A stretch of 64,000 bases of DNA from Octopus sinensis (taxonomy: Eukaryota), in the NCBI RefSeq assembly GCF_006345805.1, contig NC_043020.1, positions 26,040,001-26,104,000 on the forward strand, given 5' to 3'. The notes beneath the pieces are model-generated. The model did not search any database, was not told where the DNA came from, and saw only the letters and a program-made list of their open reading frames with translations. Both the position numbers and the translations under genes were made by a program. Shown here one piece after another: positions 41,826-54,907 of the stretch (position 1 is the first letter of the stretch; each line of letters starts with the position of its first letter).

Positions 41826-44800
41826 ATGGCAAATCTTAGAATCGGTTGTTTGAATGTGAGAGGCCTCGGGTCACCTTGGAAACAGGGTCACCTGTTAAAC
41901 GACCTGAGGTTTCATGATGTGGATGTAGCAGCCATCAGTGAAACCAGGCTCTCCGACCCGCAGGAACTCGCAGCCCTTTTCGGCGGATACGAGATATTTC
42001 TATCTCCGTGTCGGCCGGGAGCGGGCGGTGGTGGTACTGCGGTGTTGTTTCGGAAGGGCCTGGACCTGAAAATAAGGACAGTCTTCTTGGATCCGGAAGG
42101 TAAGTTGGTGGTCCTCGACGTGGACGGTAGTGACGGCGGTGCTTTCAGACTGCTGGCTGCCTACGCTCCGACAGGAGCAGGGCAGTCGGATTATTTCAAA
42201 CGTCTGGAAGTTTTCCTGGGAACGTCACGCACTCTAGTACTAGTTGGGGATTGGAACGCTGTCTTAGACGAACGTTTCGATCGGGTGGGCAGGGGAGCGT
42301 CTGATAGGAGAGGGGGAGGGTGCAAGAGCCTCGCCAACCTACTCGGCCGCTTTCAGCTGTCCGACAGGTTTCGACTAGACAACCCGAATGTGCCAATGTG
42401 GACTTGGACAAACCGCATCGGGTCGTCTAGATCGTACTTAGATAGAGTGTTTTGTAGGCCAGCGGATAAGGACAGCGTAGGGTGTCCACAATTCCACCTA
42501 GTCGAATATACGGACCACAAATTAGTGATCTGTACGGTCGACTTAGATAGGCTACATAGACAGGGACCCGGCTACTGGAAGCTGAACGCGTCGTTAACGG
42601 CGTGCAAAGCTTACAGAGACCGGATTAGTTTACTAGTTAAGCGGGCGCTCACGGGGGCAATCATCAACAACAACTGGTGGTTTGCCCTCAAGAGAGCAAT
42701 TAGAGTAGAGTCGGTTAGGTATAGTAAGACTCTAGCTATTGAACGTAGGAAGAGAGAGCGGATTTAGTTAAGAAACTAGACGAGGCTCTTGACACTGGCA
42801 TCGCGACCGACGTGTTGCGGCAAGGTTGGCCCTCGACCAACACTTCGACGCCAAACACGAAGGCTGCGTTGTCAGAGCTAAGGCACGTTCGCTAAGCGGG
42901 GAGGGGACTAGAGCCGCTCGATGGGCCCGCGTGGCGGAGGCGAAGCGAGGCAACAGAGCAACCATTCGGTCTTTGGTGGACCAGAACGGGCGCGAGGTTA
43001 CCCAACCGAAGCAGATGTGTACGGTGCTTCAGCGGCACTTTGCTCAACTGTTTGGGACGAGCGGGTGGAACGGACACCAACGGTACAGACTTCGGTGTGT
43101 ACCTGGACGGACTGCCGCAACTCTCGGACAGCGAGGCAGAGTGCTGCGAAGGACCGATATCTGCCTGGGAAGTACAGGAAGCGATGAAGAGTTGCACGAG
43201 AGGTAGATCGCCGGGTTTGGATGGTCTGCCCTACGAGCTTTACTTTTCAATGCCAGACTTGTTTGCGGACCTGTTGGCAAACGTCTACTGCAACTGGCAG
43301 CAAAACGGGAGAATTCCTGCTTTTGTCTGTCGAGGGGTGGTGGCTTTGCTAAAGAAGGACCCAAACAAGGGGGACGTTATAGGGAATTTCCGGCCCATCA
43401 CTCTGCTCAATGCAGAGTTGAAGATTTTGGCCAAGGTGCTAGCCAAGAGATTGGCGCTTGTCGTGGACAAGCTGGTCGGCGGGACGCAGACATGCGCCGT
43501 GCCGACCAGGTCGATACACGACAACCTCCATCTCATGCGCTACATCATAGAGAGGGTGGGTAACGACGCTGGCGCGGGTGGGGCTTTGATCAACTTGGAT
43601 CAGAGTAAAGCCTTCGATAGGGTCGACCATCGGTACCTGGCAGCTGTCCTCAAGGCAGCCGGCTTCGGTCCAGTCTTCCACGGGTGGATCGCTGCTTTAT
43701 ACAGCAACATCTGCTCGGTGATACGGGTGAACGGTCACCTTTCGGAACCGTTCGACATCTCGCGTTCGGTCCGCCAAGGATGCCCTCTCTCCTCCCTCTT
43801 GTACATTTTGACTCTCGAGCCATTACTGCGCAAGTTGGAGGCTTTGAGGGGCATCCCGCGCGATCTAGGAGGCGGAAACAGCGTGTCTGCTTATGCCGAC
43901 GTACGTCACCGTGGTGGTGTCGAGCCACAGGCACATTGGCCTGATTGGCGAGACGCTAAACCAGTACGAAGCGGTGACAGGGGCAAAGATTAACGCGGAA
44001 AAGTCTGTGGGCTTGCAACTGGGCACCTGGAGAGGCAAGCCCATGCCGTCCAACAGCGTCGTAGGGCGCTGGACAGACGGACCCGTTAAACTGCTCGGGG
44101 TCTGGTTCGGTCCGGACCTCCAGGTGGATAAGAACTGGGAAGAGGTGACGAGCAGGGTGGCACGTCTCACCCAGAAATGGGCCGAGAGGAAGCTGTCCCT
44201 GAAAGGTCGAGCGGAGGTGGCGAATGCGTACATCGCATCCGTCATCTATTACCGCTTGACCGTCGTCCCTTGTCCCGACCGCTGGTTGGCCAAGCTGGTA
44301 CGCCTGCTCTTCGACTTTTTGTGGAAGGGTCAGGTGCCACTGGTCAGGCGATCCATCTGCTGTCAACGACCGCTGAACGGAGGCCTTGGAATGCCGTGGT
44401 TGCTGTTGCGCAGACATGCGCTCAGGCTGCGGCATCTCAAGCGCTTCCTAGACGGTGAACAGGTGTGGTCGTCTTTTGTCAGACGCGATTTTCCGCAGCT
44501 CGTCTCTTTGACGGAGCTGCAGACCTGGATCAAACGTAGACCGAGAAAGGGCGCTTGGCACCTCGAGTGCCGTCAAGCCCTCTCCGCCCTCCACCAGGCG
44601 GGCAATGCGGTCGGTTACAGCTTCACTCTAGCGTTCTATAGAGGGTTAGTGGAGGAAAAATGCGACAACGTTCTCGGGGAAACTCTAGGCGTTGAAGACG
44701 ACGAACTGAGCGGTCTGTTCGGGAGGACTTTCGGGCCGGGGCCGATGGATAATTTCCAGAGGTCTCTCGCCTGGCAGTGCTACCGAGGGGCTCTGCCTGT

Positions 44801-45260
44801 TCGAGATAAACTCTACCGGCACGGAAGTGCCGTCAGCCGGGCCTGCCCGAGGTGTTGCAGGACGACGACGAAACCGTTCTGCACGCACTCGTCCAGTGCC
44901 CGAGTATTGCTGAAATATGGGTTTATGTCGAACAGCTACTGTCACGTGTAGGACGGATCCGACTATCGGCCGAATCCATAGTGAAGATTGCCCCGCCGAC
45001 CTCCTTTAACAAGGAGGGCGAGGCCGTTTTCTTGTGCCTGTGGCTGTGGCGAAAGAAGTCGTGTGGTGGACTCGTTTGAAAGGGCTAAAGTCAGACACTT
45101 TCCCTTTGGTCAAGGCCTCATCAACTTTTTCAAGTTTCACTTGAAAAGGAAGATGAGGTTAGAGAGGAAAGTGCTGTCCGATAGCAAGTTTTATGAAAGG
45201 TGGGTGAATTGTGCGAGACTGGCCTGTATAAATGGACCAGTTCTCAGGTTTCGCCTGTGA
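41826..45260 (+). pseudogene. LINE ORF2: apurinic endonuclease + reverse transcriptase + C-terminal Cys-His motif, split by about 7 single-base indels
   Basis: APE motifs: GCLNVRGL, ISETRL, LAAYAP, VGDWNAV, SYLDRVF, TDHKLV. RT motifs: GRSPGLDGLP, NFRPITLLNAELKILAKVLAKRL, LDQSKAFDRVDH, SVRQGCPLS, AYAD(D)V, KLLGVWFG. C-terminal CPRC..DETVLHALVQCP. Confidence 0.93.
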
Positions 45261-45554
45261 TTTCAAAGAAAAAGGTAATGTAAAAGGAGAAGAAAGGGGA
45301 CTCTCTACACCCCCTTTTTTTTGACCAGGCTCCCGTTGGCTTTTGTAGGGTTTTTTCCACCGGGAACATTTCGAGACGTCTCCCCCTTTTGGGAGTTTTT
45401 CATTGTTTTTAATAATCATTGCTTTAAAGTTTTTTTACACGGATTTTTTTAACAAACGGACAAAACCCTTTGTAACCTTTCGTCCTGTCTTGTCCCTTTA
45501 TGTAATCATGCGTGTCAGCCCTTGTGGCCAATAAAAAAGAATTGATTATTATTA

Positions 45555-45603
<49 letters not shown>

Positions 45604-46088
45604 GTTGTTGTTGTTGTTGTTGTTGTTATTAATATTATTATTACAATATCATTATTACTTCTAACTAATACTACTACTACTGGTATTTCTACGATTGATA
45701 TTATTATTACAATTGTTATTATTATTATTATTATTACTATCTTTGTATTTGTTGTTGATTTTCATTATTATTTCTTTTTAATCTCTCCACCATAAACCAT
45801 TTCCCTTGCGTCAATCGTGTTTCGTAGCGAAAACAAATAAAACCAACGAAATACAAAAAAAAGAAAAAGAAAAAGAAAGACAAACTAAAATTATAACAAG
45901 AATAGAAAAGATGAAAAAAAAACACCACCGCCACCACCGACAACAACAAGAACAACAACAGCAACGACAACAAAAACAAGAACAATGATAATATAATAAA
46001 AAAAAACAGAACCAACAACCCATTATCATTATGATACATTTCCAGTAAATGGAATTGAATTTCTAAAAGGTTTTATACATATATATAT

Positions 46089-46137
<49 letters not shown>

Positions 46138-46447
46138 TATATATATATACACATATATATATATGTATATATGCATATATATATATTTATGTATATACGT
46201 ATGTATATATCTAAGTATATATTACGTATGTATGTATACGTTGTGTATGATGAAGGAATTTGACGTTTCGATGAGTGGACCGAAAACAGTTGTAATATTA
46301 ATAGAATCATGGGAGAAAAAAATTTCCTCTCATCACAACATTTTTATCACCCACAGAGATATATCTAGTAAATTATACCCTTTATATTTATTAGATATAA
46401 TCGTCATACATATATCACTATGTATACAGACATATATATATATATAT

Positions 46448-46501
<54 letters not shown>

Positions 46502-46557
46502 ACAAATTAATAAATAAAACATATGCATATATACATACATATATGTACGTACCTACA

Positions 46558-46630
<73 letters not shown>

Positions 46631-47128
46631 TTCTTTGTATATAATCATACGAATATATTGATACTGTTTAAGAAAGTGTTTCTAGGTTCGCAGTAAAGCA
46701 ATTTTATGACTATAGTACCTAGAAAATAGATGCAAACCATGCAAAAGTATGATTCGCGATTTCGGTTTAGCTGCATCTTTATGATATTAGTTCTTAATGA
46801 CTACAAACGCTGCAGAATATAAATATGTGTTTCCTGTACAAATGTACAAAATATACACTTAATGATAGATATAAGCGTCACACCCATCTACTTTCAAATC
46901 GCATCAAGAAACTGGAACGATCATTCTAATCATGTAGATTTAGGGAACTCAAAATAGTATGGTAACACTCGCAGAATATGATTATATGAATCACACGACG
47001 AGACTACTCCAATAGGATTGTTTTAGGGAACTTGAAATAGAGTGCAGTTTTTCTCACTGTTCTTATACACACACAAAAACATACACGCACACACATATAC
47101 ATACATACATACATATATATATATATAC

Positions 47129-47254
<126 letters not shown>

Positions 47255-47404
47255 TCAAAGGATATGCTAAGTATGTCTACCTGCTGGAAATAACAGTCAA
47301 AATCCGTATTTAAATCGGCAAAATACACTGATAATAACTACAGAAATCAACCGTCCGAAGGCAAACAGGCTAACACAATCTCTCAGCATACATTAAATTC
47401 AAGT

Positions 47405-48775
47405 ATTTGGACTCACGTTTTTGTGTCAAATTATGCTGTGGCATCCCAGTGAGTTTCAGTGTGCTCAGAAATTCAACAGTGTTTTGAATAACCTGATCTT
47501 GATCGACTGCTATCAATTGATGGAAAAATGATTTCTGCTGCATCTGTTAAGTTTTGAAGAAGTTCATCAACCATTTCATTTGTTGGGGCTAGTATAGCTC
47601 TTTCACATAACCAGTTTACATCACTGTAATTGACAGGTAAATTAGGAAACACTGATGCCATAATATCCCTAAGGGAAAGTGTTATTTGACCGCATGTAAT
47701 TTCATGTAGCTGAAGTCTTGAGTTGAATGATAATATCACGTTACCACATTTTAAGAAGCTCGTATGATCACCTTCTAGAAGCACCCTGATGGTGCTTGTA
47801 AGATAAAGTTTTTTCATAACTCCAAAGGCATGATTTTTTGAAGCATGCATTAGCCTCATTAGCTTTTGATGTTTTGGGGGATAACTGGCAACGTTTGACG
47901 AAAATCTCCTGCACGAAAAACAGTTACTCCTCCCATCAGCATACTATTGTTTTTTCATGCCTTGGAGGGTACGGTGACGTACCTCTAGAGCTCCACGATC
48001 TGACAGTGCATTGATCCCAAACAATGAGGCAAGTTTCTTGGAGGACAGTTGCTATTGCAGTTTGGGAAATGTTGCACATTTGAGATTCTGTCATTGCAAC
48101 GTTTAGAAGGAGGTTGAACATGAAATGAGTAGGGTTTCTCCCACTGAGGAGGGTAGCTGCAATACCAGAAGATGCAACACTAGAAGAAGGTTAGATCTTA
48201 TTCTCTTCTGTCTAAGAATGCAGTTGAAAATGAGAAAAAGATCTGGTTTTCCATATATCCTTCCATACGTCATAGCATCTTGTAGCTGTTTATGCATATA
48301 TCGAGGATCCCCTGTGAATGATGGTGGGAGGATTTGAAGTTGCCCCATGTTTTGGATATGACCATCTGTCCTCAAAGCATCTTGGAGATGAACATAATTT
48401 TTAGCCCTTAACTTGTTTGCATTTTTACGAATGTAGAGGAGACGCTGACTCTCAACTTTAGCATATATATCAACCAAGTATTGCTGAAATAGTTCGCGAT
48501 ACATGTGTAATGGATTTCATTGTTCTGGTCTTAACATCAGTTGGTAAGTATAGAAGTCATTTGACAAAACCTTTTTGCTTGTAATTGGCTCACTTATTGC
48601 AGGTTCAATCTGTGGAATAGTGAAATGATACCCGTCTTGTCCATTCCACAGAATAATAAGTTGTTATCTCGAGCAAGAATAAGAATATCACGATATTCAT
48701 GGGAATCCCCTAACATACGATGGCTGCTTCATTAGATGTGGGTTCATTAAAGCGGTGTAAAATATCCTTTAGTGT
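47405..48775 (-). mobile_element. Helitron RepHel relic, internally deleted and disrupted
   Basis: N-terminal Helitron region: RFNEPTSNE, DGYHFTIP, DFYTYQLMLR, LFQQYLVDIYAKVESQRLLYIR, ILPPSFTGDPRYM..QDAM..GKPDLF. PIF1 helicase pieces: VASSGIAATLL, CNIS..VLQETCLIVWDQCT, WLCERAILAPTNEMVDE, EFLSTL..TGMPQHNL. Confidence 0.9.
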
Positions 48776-50710
48776 AATTTACTATAGACGTAACGAGCGC
48801 GGAAACACAAACACACTCACAGACATATAGACACTCACAGAATTGGTAATATTGAAAATAGCAAAACGTACAAACACAAAGATCAAACGAAACGAAATGT
48901 AGTCAATATAGGCACAAAACATACTTTCTGTAGCATTGTTATGCTATACAAATTTTTGTAAAGGAATATTTCCAAACGAAATATTCCACCGTTGGAAAGT
49001 CACCAATTTAGCAAAATTTACTATGGGTCACCAATGTAACAAAATACACAAAGTTAATATTTATTTGGAACATGTGTTAAATGTTATAAAATTCACGATT
49101 AAATGTCACGGTAAATAAAGTCAAACTACAAGAAAATTCAGTAGGCGTAATTCAATTTTTCATACACAAATAATTTATTTTGAAACTTTTAAACGAACGC
49201 CGAACAAAGTGTGTACAAAGGAATATGTTGTGGGCTGTGAACTTTAATTCAAAACATTTGCTGGAAGATTTATGTTGGAAGACATAAATTAATTTTACAT
49301 TACTTACTATTTATTGTAACTGTGTAAATTTATAGGATGTAGAATAAATACTAACGCTTTATAAAGGCTGCGCATCGTTGAATACTCACACTGATAAAGC
49401 AGTATAAGGAGTGGACTAACATTTCTGTAAAAACATTGAATGAGCCGCTGAGGCTTTCTGCTTCGCCAAGTTTCCGAATATGTTATAATAACCAGAATGA
49501 CAAATTTTCTACAGATATATTTGCGAGTGTTGTGATTGTTGTCAACTGAACCAAATCTTCATGCTGGTTATAAAAACAAGAATAATATTTCCGCGCATAA
49601 GTAGTGACAACTGTTAATGCTGTTTAAACCGCAACTCTCAATGATGAAAAGGAATCTCCAAACAGTGGCATTTCAAAGTGAACGTCCAGGTCGGAACTAA
49701 ACTAAACTCTTTCAAAATAGGTGCGTTTCACTGTTGGGCGGTAGAGTCATAAAGAAATTATAGAGAAATTATATAAAATAGATAATAGTTTCGTCAAGCT
49801 TGGCTTTCGTTACATTTATTCAAGCGCCAAAGAATCACATGGATAAGACACTCCCCCATGACTTTTGCACATGATCAGAGACGCACATATTGTCAGCTAC
49901 CCAGGGATATGCTCAAGTAACTAATAAGCAAATTTGTGGTATTGAGAGAATATTTGTTTAACGATATTTCTGCTTCAGCGACTCTACTTTGGATCTGTCT
50001 GAAACGTAATGGAAAATAGGTCAGTTTCAAAACATTGATGACCAGGTCATAAATGCAAAATTTGACGAGAATAATAGTCATTTGATTTTATTTCTAGATA
50101 GAAGCAAATATAAAATAACACATACTGACCAAAGACCAAATAAAAATTAAAACAAATACATAAAATAAAATAAATTTTGTTACACTGTGTAATTTAGCAA
50201 AACAGAAATAAGTGTCTTTTTTTTCTCATGTAGAAATATGCAACATGTTCTAACCATGAACAAGTCAACTTCTTTTTTCAGATACTACAGATCTACAGTA
50301 TCAAGCCTGTTGTCCATTTACTGCGAGATTAATGTGTTATTGAGACGAATTTATATATTGTTTAAAGCATGTTTTTTTTCTTCAGACATTGCAAGACGCT
50401 AGCGTCTAAACCTCGCCTAATTTTTCTAACCAGTAATATGTAAGTATGAAGTAATTTATATGGCGGCAAGTAAAATGAGAATTTCATGGCGATTCGTAGG
50501 TTGTGCGGAATTTATTTAGTTTCTTGTTGTTGGGAATGATGTAGATCAAAACTAGAAATAGATTAATGTATTAGATGTATCGAATTAGTTTAATCCTGCA
50601 ATCCATGGAATGCCTCATAAATAATATTTACGTGATGTATACTAACATACCTACATACTTACCTACCTACATACATACATGCATACATACATATATGCAT
50701 ACATACATTA

Positions 50711-50750
<40 letters not shown>

Positions 50751-52400
50751 TCATATATATTAACAAAAATAATACTATTTGTTTTTTCTTAACATGCATG
50801 TGTGTCTATGTGTGTGTGAGAGAGGAAGAGAGTGCAGGAGAGTGCGAGAGAGAGAGAGAGAGACAATAGGGAGAGGAATAGAGACAGAGAAACCATGGTG
50901 CTGGTTCTCTTAAGTGAAAATTCAGCTTTAGAGGAATGAATTCAACTGCTTTTTTCTTTCGTATATTTCTTCCATTTTACACACACAGAGACATATATAA
51001 ACTTATACAGACATACAAATTTTCGCACGTTCATAAATGCGCATACACACATACATGCACATACACTTACATATAAGTATAAAGAGAGGGACAGAGAGAA
51101 ATGGGGGTAGAAGCAGTGCGGAAGAAGCAAGACAGTGAAAAAAGCCTACTGCTTGCTTAGTAAGTGTTTATAACTGGAGTTGCTTCAGATGTAATTTAGT
51201 TTATACAAGAATCAGACCAGGAAATACCATTAGAGATTGCCATATCCGGCATTTTCCTGTACCGGATTTGAGTGGGTGATAGAATCGATAATGTTTGAGG
51301 CATGAATGATCAAATCCTGTGAACTCTTAGTCGATTTGGTATCTTGTTTGCACAGTACATTTAATTATTGGGCAAAAATCCTACTATTTCTAAATGCTTT
51401 ATTTTCATTGTCTGCAAAAATTTTAAAAAAAGGAAAAAGCGAATTTGTTTCACTGTTTTAACATATGAATATATTGCGGAGGATATTTAAATGATGGAGG
51501 TCCAAGAGCTTCCGGCTCGAATATGTTTCTACTTTAGTTTCTCCTTACATAAGCTGAGCAAATTTATATCACGCTATGAGAAGATGGCCCAGTGGTTAGG
51601 GCAGCGGACTCGCGGTCGGAGGATCACGGTTTCGATTCCCAGACCGGGCGTTGTGAGTGTTTATTGAACAAAAACAATTAAAGCTCCACGAGGGTCTGGC
51701 AGAGGGTGGTGGCGAGCCCTGTTGTACTCTTTCGCCACAACGTTCTCTCAATCTTTCTTCTGTTGGCCTGCTCGCTTAGCCAGCGGGGTGGCCTCATTTG
51801 AAGGCTAAAACAATGCGAAGCGCATTGTGACCAGCGATGTGTAACAATCTGATAGCCTTGTCGGTCACCGGGATCAAGGTGATGAGAAGATTTTAGAGGA
51901 TATTTATAGAGGTAAAATCACTTCCGATATTTCTTCGGTCTTAATGTTCGTATTTCCCCGAAGTCAACTTTGTATTTCATCACTGTCTGCAGTCGATATG
52001 TACCAGTCAGTTACTTGGGGGTCTATTCAATCGACTTCTTCTTCTTCTGGCGCCCACCTTTTAAAGCCTAGCCAGGCTCATGGACCCGGTTTCCAGTTTC
52101 TACGGCGTATGTGTTCCCCAGCTGGACGGAACGCCAGTCCATCGCAGCTGAGTGGACTGGAGCAATGTGAAATGAAGTGTTTTGCTCAAGAACACAACGC
52201 GTCGCCTGGTCCAGGAATCGAAACCACAATCTTACGATCGTGTTGCTGACACCCTAACCATTAAGCCACGCGCCTCGACATTCAGTAGATTACTCCCTTC
52301 AAAATCTGCTGGATTTGTGCCAAAATATATTTATTATGTGTATTATCATAATGATGATGATCATCATCATAATTATTATCATGACCACTGAGAATAATCG

Positions 52401-52472
<72 letters not shown>

Positions 52473-52799
52473 ATACTACTACTATTACTACTACTACTTC
52501 TACTACTACTACTACTATTTCTATTACTACTATTTCTACTACTACTACTACTACTAATACCATTTGTAATGATGATAATCAACCCCTTCGTCATTATGAT
52601 CATTATCGTAATCCCCCGCACTCTTCCTTCTCCTCTTTGGGTTCCTCCTCCTCAACAATATCAACATCACCACCATCATCATCATTATCATCACCATTTG
52701 TTGTTTCTTTTAGAAATTCTTTGATCCTGTCTAACAAGCAAAAGAAATATTGTTTAATCTTTTGATTAAAAATTTATTTTTTTTTATAAATTCTTTTTT

Positions 52800-53215
52800 T
52801 TTTCTTCATCCCCAGCTTCGTCTTTGAGATTTGCGCTTCTCAGCCAATGTTGAGTACCTTTAGCTCAACCACTTGTACATTGTTCAAATCTTTCTCAAGT
52901 ATTGGTCATATGTCGTATATATATTGCAACTATTCCTCGCAGCATATTTTTAAAATGCCATGTTGTAGTGCCACGCTTAGCTCCGTTCTTAAAATTTGTT
53001 TTTCTTTTGCTACTTTCGTTCATTTAATTCAAATCTATTGTTTCTTTATTCTTCTCACAGAAATCTGTTACGTCAGCCTCTTCAAAGTTCGTTCATTCTT
53101 TCTGAAGTCGGAAAAACCAATCTTTGATTCGCAGCTACTTGTATTATTTATACTTTTATTCTTTGTAGATTGGATATATCATGATAATTTTCCCGTTGCA
53201 TGCCATCACTAATTC
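52800..53215 (-). mobile_element. Decayed R4-like LINE fragment
   Basis: QHWLRSANLKDE and ALQHG-type motifs (compare WLRSAGLK and PLHG) with many stops. Confidence 0.45.
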
Positions 53216-53286
53216 TCTGCATTCGTGGCAAAAATATTTTTCATATTTTCCTACTTATATATGAGACATATTTAATGCACCCGAGA

Positions 53287-54660
53287 AGGCGGTAAGCTGG
53301 CAGAATCGTTAACACGCCGGGCGAAATGCATAGCAGTAATATGTCTGCCGTTACGTTCTAAGTTCAAATTCACCCGAGGTTGACTTTACCTTTCATTTTT
53401 TCGGGGTCGATTAAATAAGTACCAGTTACAAGCTGGAGTCGATGTAATCGACTTAATCCGTTTGTCTGTCCTTGTTTGTCCTCTCTGTGTTTAGCCCCTA
53501 GTGGGTAGTACTAAAAAAAAATTGTCCGGGGCTACGTTGAGTTCAAATTCCTCCGAGGTCGACTTTGCCTTTCATCCTTTCGGGGGTCGATAAATTAAGT
53601 ACCAGTTACGCACTGGGGTCGATATTGTCGACTTAATCCGTCTGTCTGTCCTTGTTTTTCCTCTTTGTGTTTAGCCCCTTGTAGGTAGTACTAAAAAAAA
53701 ATTGTCCGGGGCTACGTTGAGTTCAAATTCCTCCGAGGTCGACTTTGCCTTTCATCCTTTCGGGGGTCGATAAATTAAGTACCAGTTACGCACTGGGGTC
53801 GATATTGTCGACTTAATCCGTCTGTCTGTCCTTGTTTTTCCTCTTTGTGTTTAGCCCCTTGTAGGTAGTACTAAAAAAAAATTGTCCGGGGCTACGCTGA
53901 GTTCAAATTCCTCCGAGGTCGACTTTGCTTTTTATCCTTTCGGGGGTCGATAAATTAAGTACCAGTTACGCACTGGGGTCGATATGGTCGACTTAATCCG
54001 TCTGTCTGTCCTTGTTTGTCCTCTGTGTTTAGCGCCTTGTGGGTAGTACTAAAAAAAATGTCCGGCGCTACGTTGAGTTCAAATTACTCCGAGGTCGACT
54101 TTGCTTTTCATCCTTTCGGGGTCGATAAATTAAGTACCAGTTGCATACTGAAGTCGATCTGAATGACTGGACCCCTTATCCCAAAATTTTGGGCCTAGAA
54201 TAGAAAAGAATGGTTAGCACGCCGGGCGAAATGCTTAGCAGTATTTTGTCGGCCACTACGTTCTGAGTTCAAATCCGCCGAGGTCTTCTTTGCCTTTCAT
54301 CCTTTCAAGGTCGATAAATTAAGTACCAGTTGCATACTAGGGTCGATCTAGACGATTACATATCTCCCCAAAACTTTCGGGCCTTGAACTTAGAATAGAA
54401 AAGAATCGTTAGCACGCCGAACGAAATGCTTAGAAGTATTTTATCGGCTGGTACGTTCTGAGTTTAAATTCCCCCGGGGTCGACTTTGCCTTTCATCCTC
54501 TGAAGGTCGATAAATTAAGTACCAGTTGTGTACTGGAGTCGATCTAATCGACTGGCAGCCTTACCTAAAATTTCGGGCCTAGAGTAGAAAAGAATGGTTA
54601 GCACGCCGGGCGTAATGCTTAGTGGTATATTGTCTGCCGCTACGTTCTGAATTCAAATTC
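53287..54660 (+). mobile_element. SINE-A tandem array of about 8 monomers with two alternative 3' tails
   Basis: 53521-53700 is identical to 53701-53880. Later monomers end in ..aaaatttcgggcctagagtagaaaagaa. Confidence 0.92.
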
Positions 54661-54872
54661 TGAATTCCATTGTTTATATTTCATTTTTAATTCTAGTACT
54701 TATTCCGGTTGGACTGAACTCAAAAAACGTGGAAAACAAACGAGCTCCTTAACCATACAGCCATTCCTTCACCCTTGTTCTTGACAAAAGGCACGTAATT
54801 TTGTATTGTGCCAGTCTACACTCCTGGAAATAACTACCAACCGACTGCTAAACATCTTTCTCGTATTCTTAC

Positions 54873-54907
<35 letters not shown>

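Larger units (their letters stand above)
39685..45540 (+). mobile_element. Full-length L1/Tx1-clade non-LTR retrotransposon (5' UTR, ORF1, ORF2, 3' UTR, AATAAA, then (ATT)n)
   Basis: Unique sequence with a GC-rich ORF2, bounded on both sides by (ATT)n. ORF1 carries a CCHC knuckle and ORF2 carries APE, RT and C-terminal Cys-His motifs. AATAAA at 45530-45535 lies just before the (ATT)n run. Clade assigned from motif style by eye. Confidence 0.9.

Noticed and set aside
46255-46335. GAAACGTC on the minus strand near (TA)n
   Set aside because: No correctly placed CUGANGA or paired stems.
48780-50560. Possible DNA transposase or Helitron 5' region
   Set aside because: No recognisable motif in the frames I translated and no clear termini.
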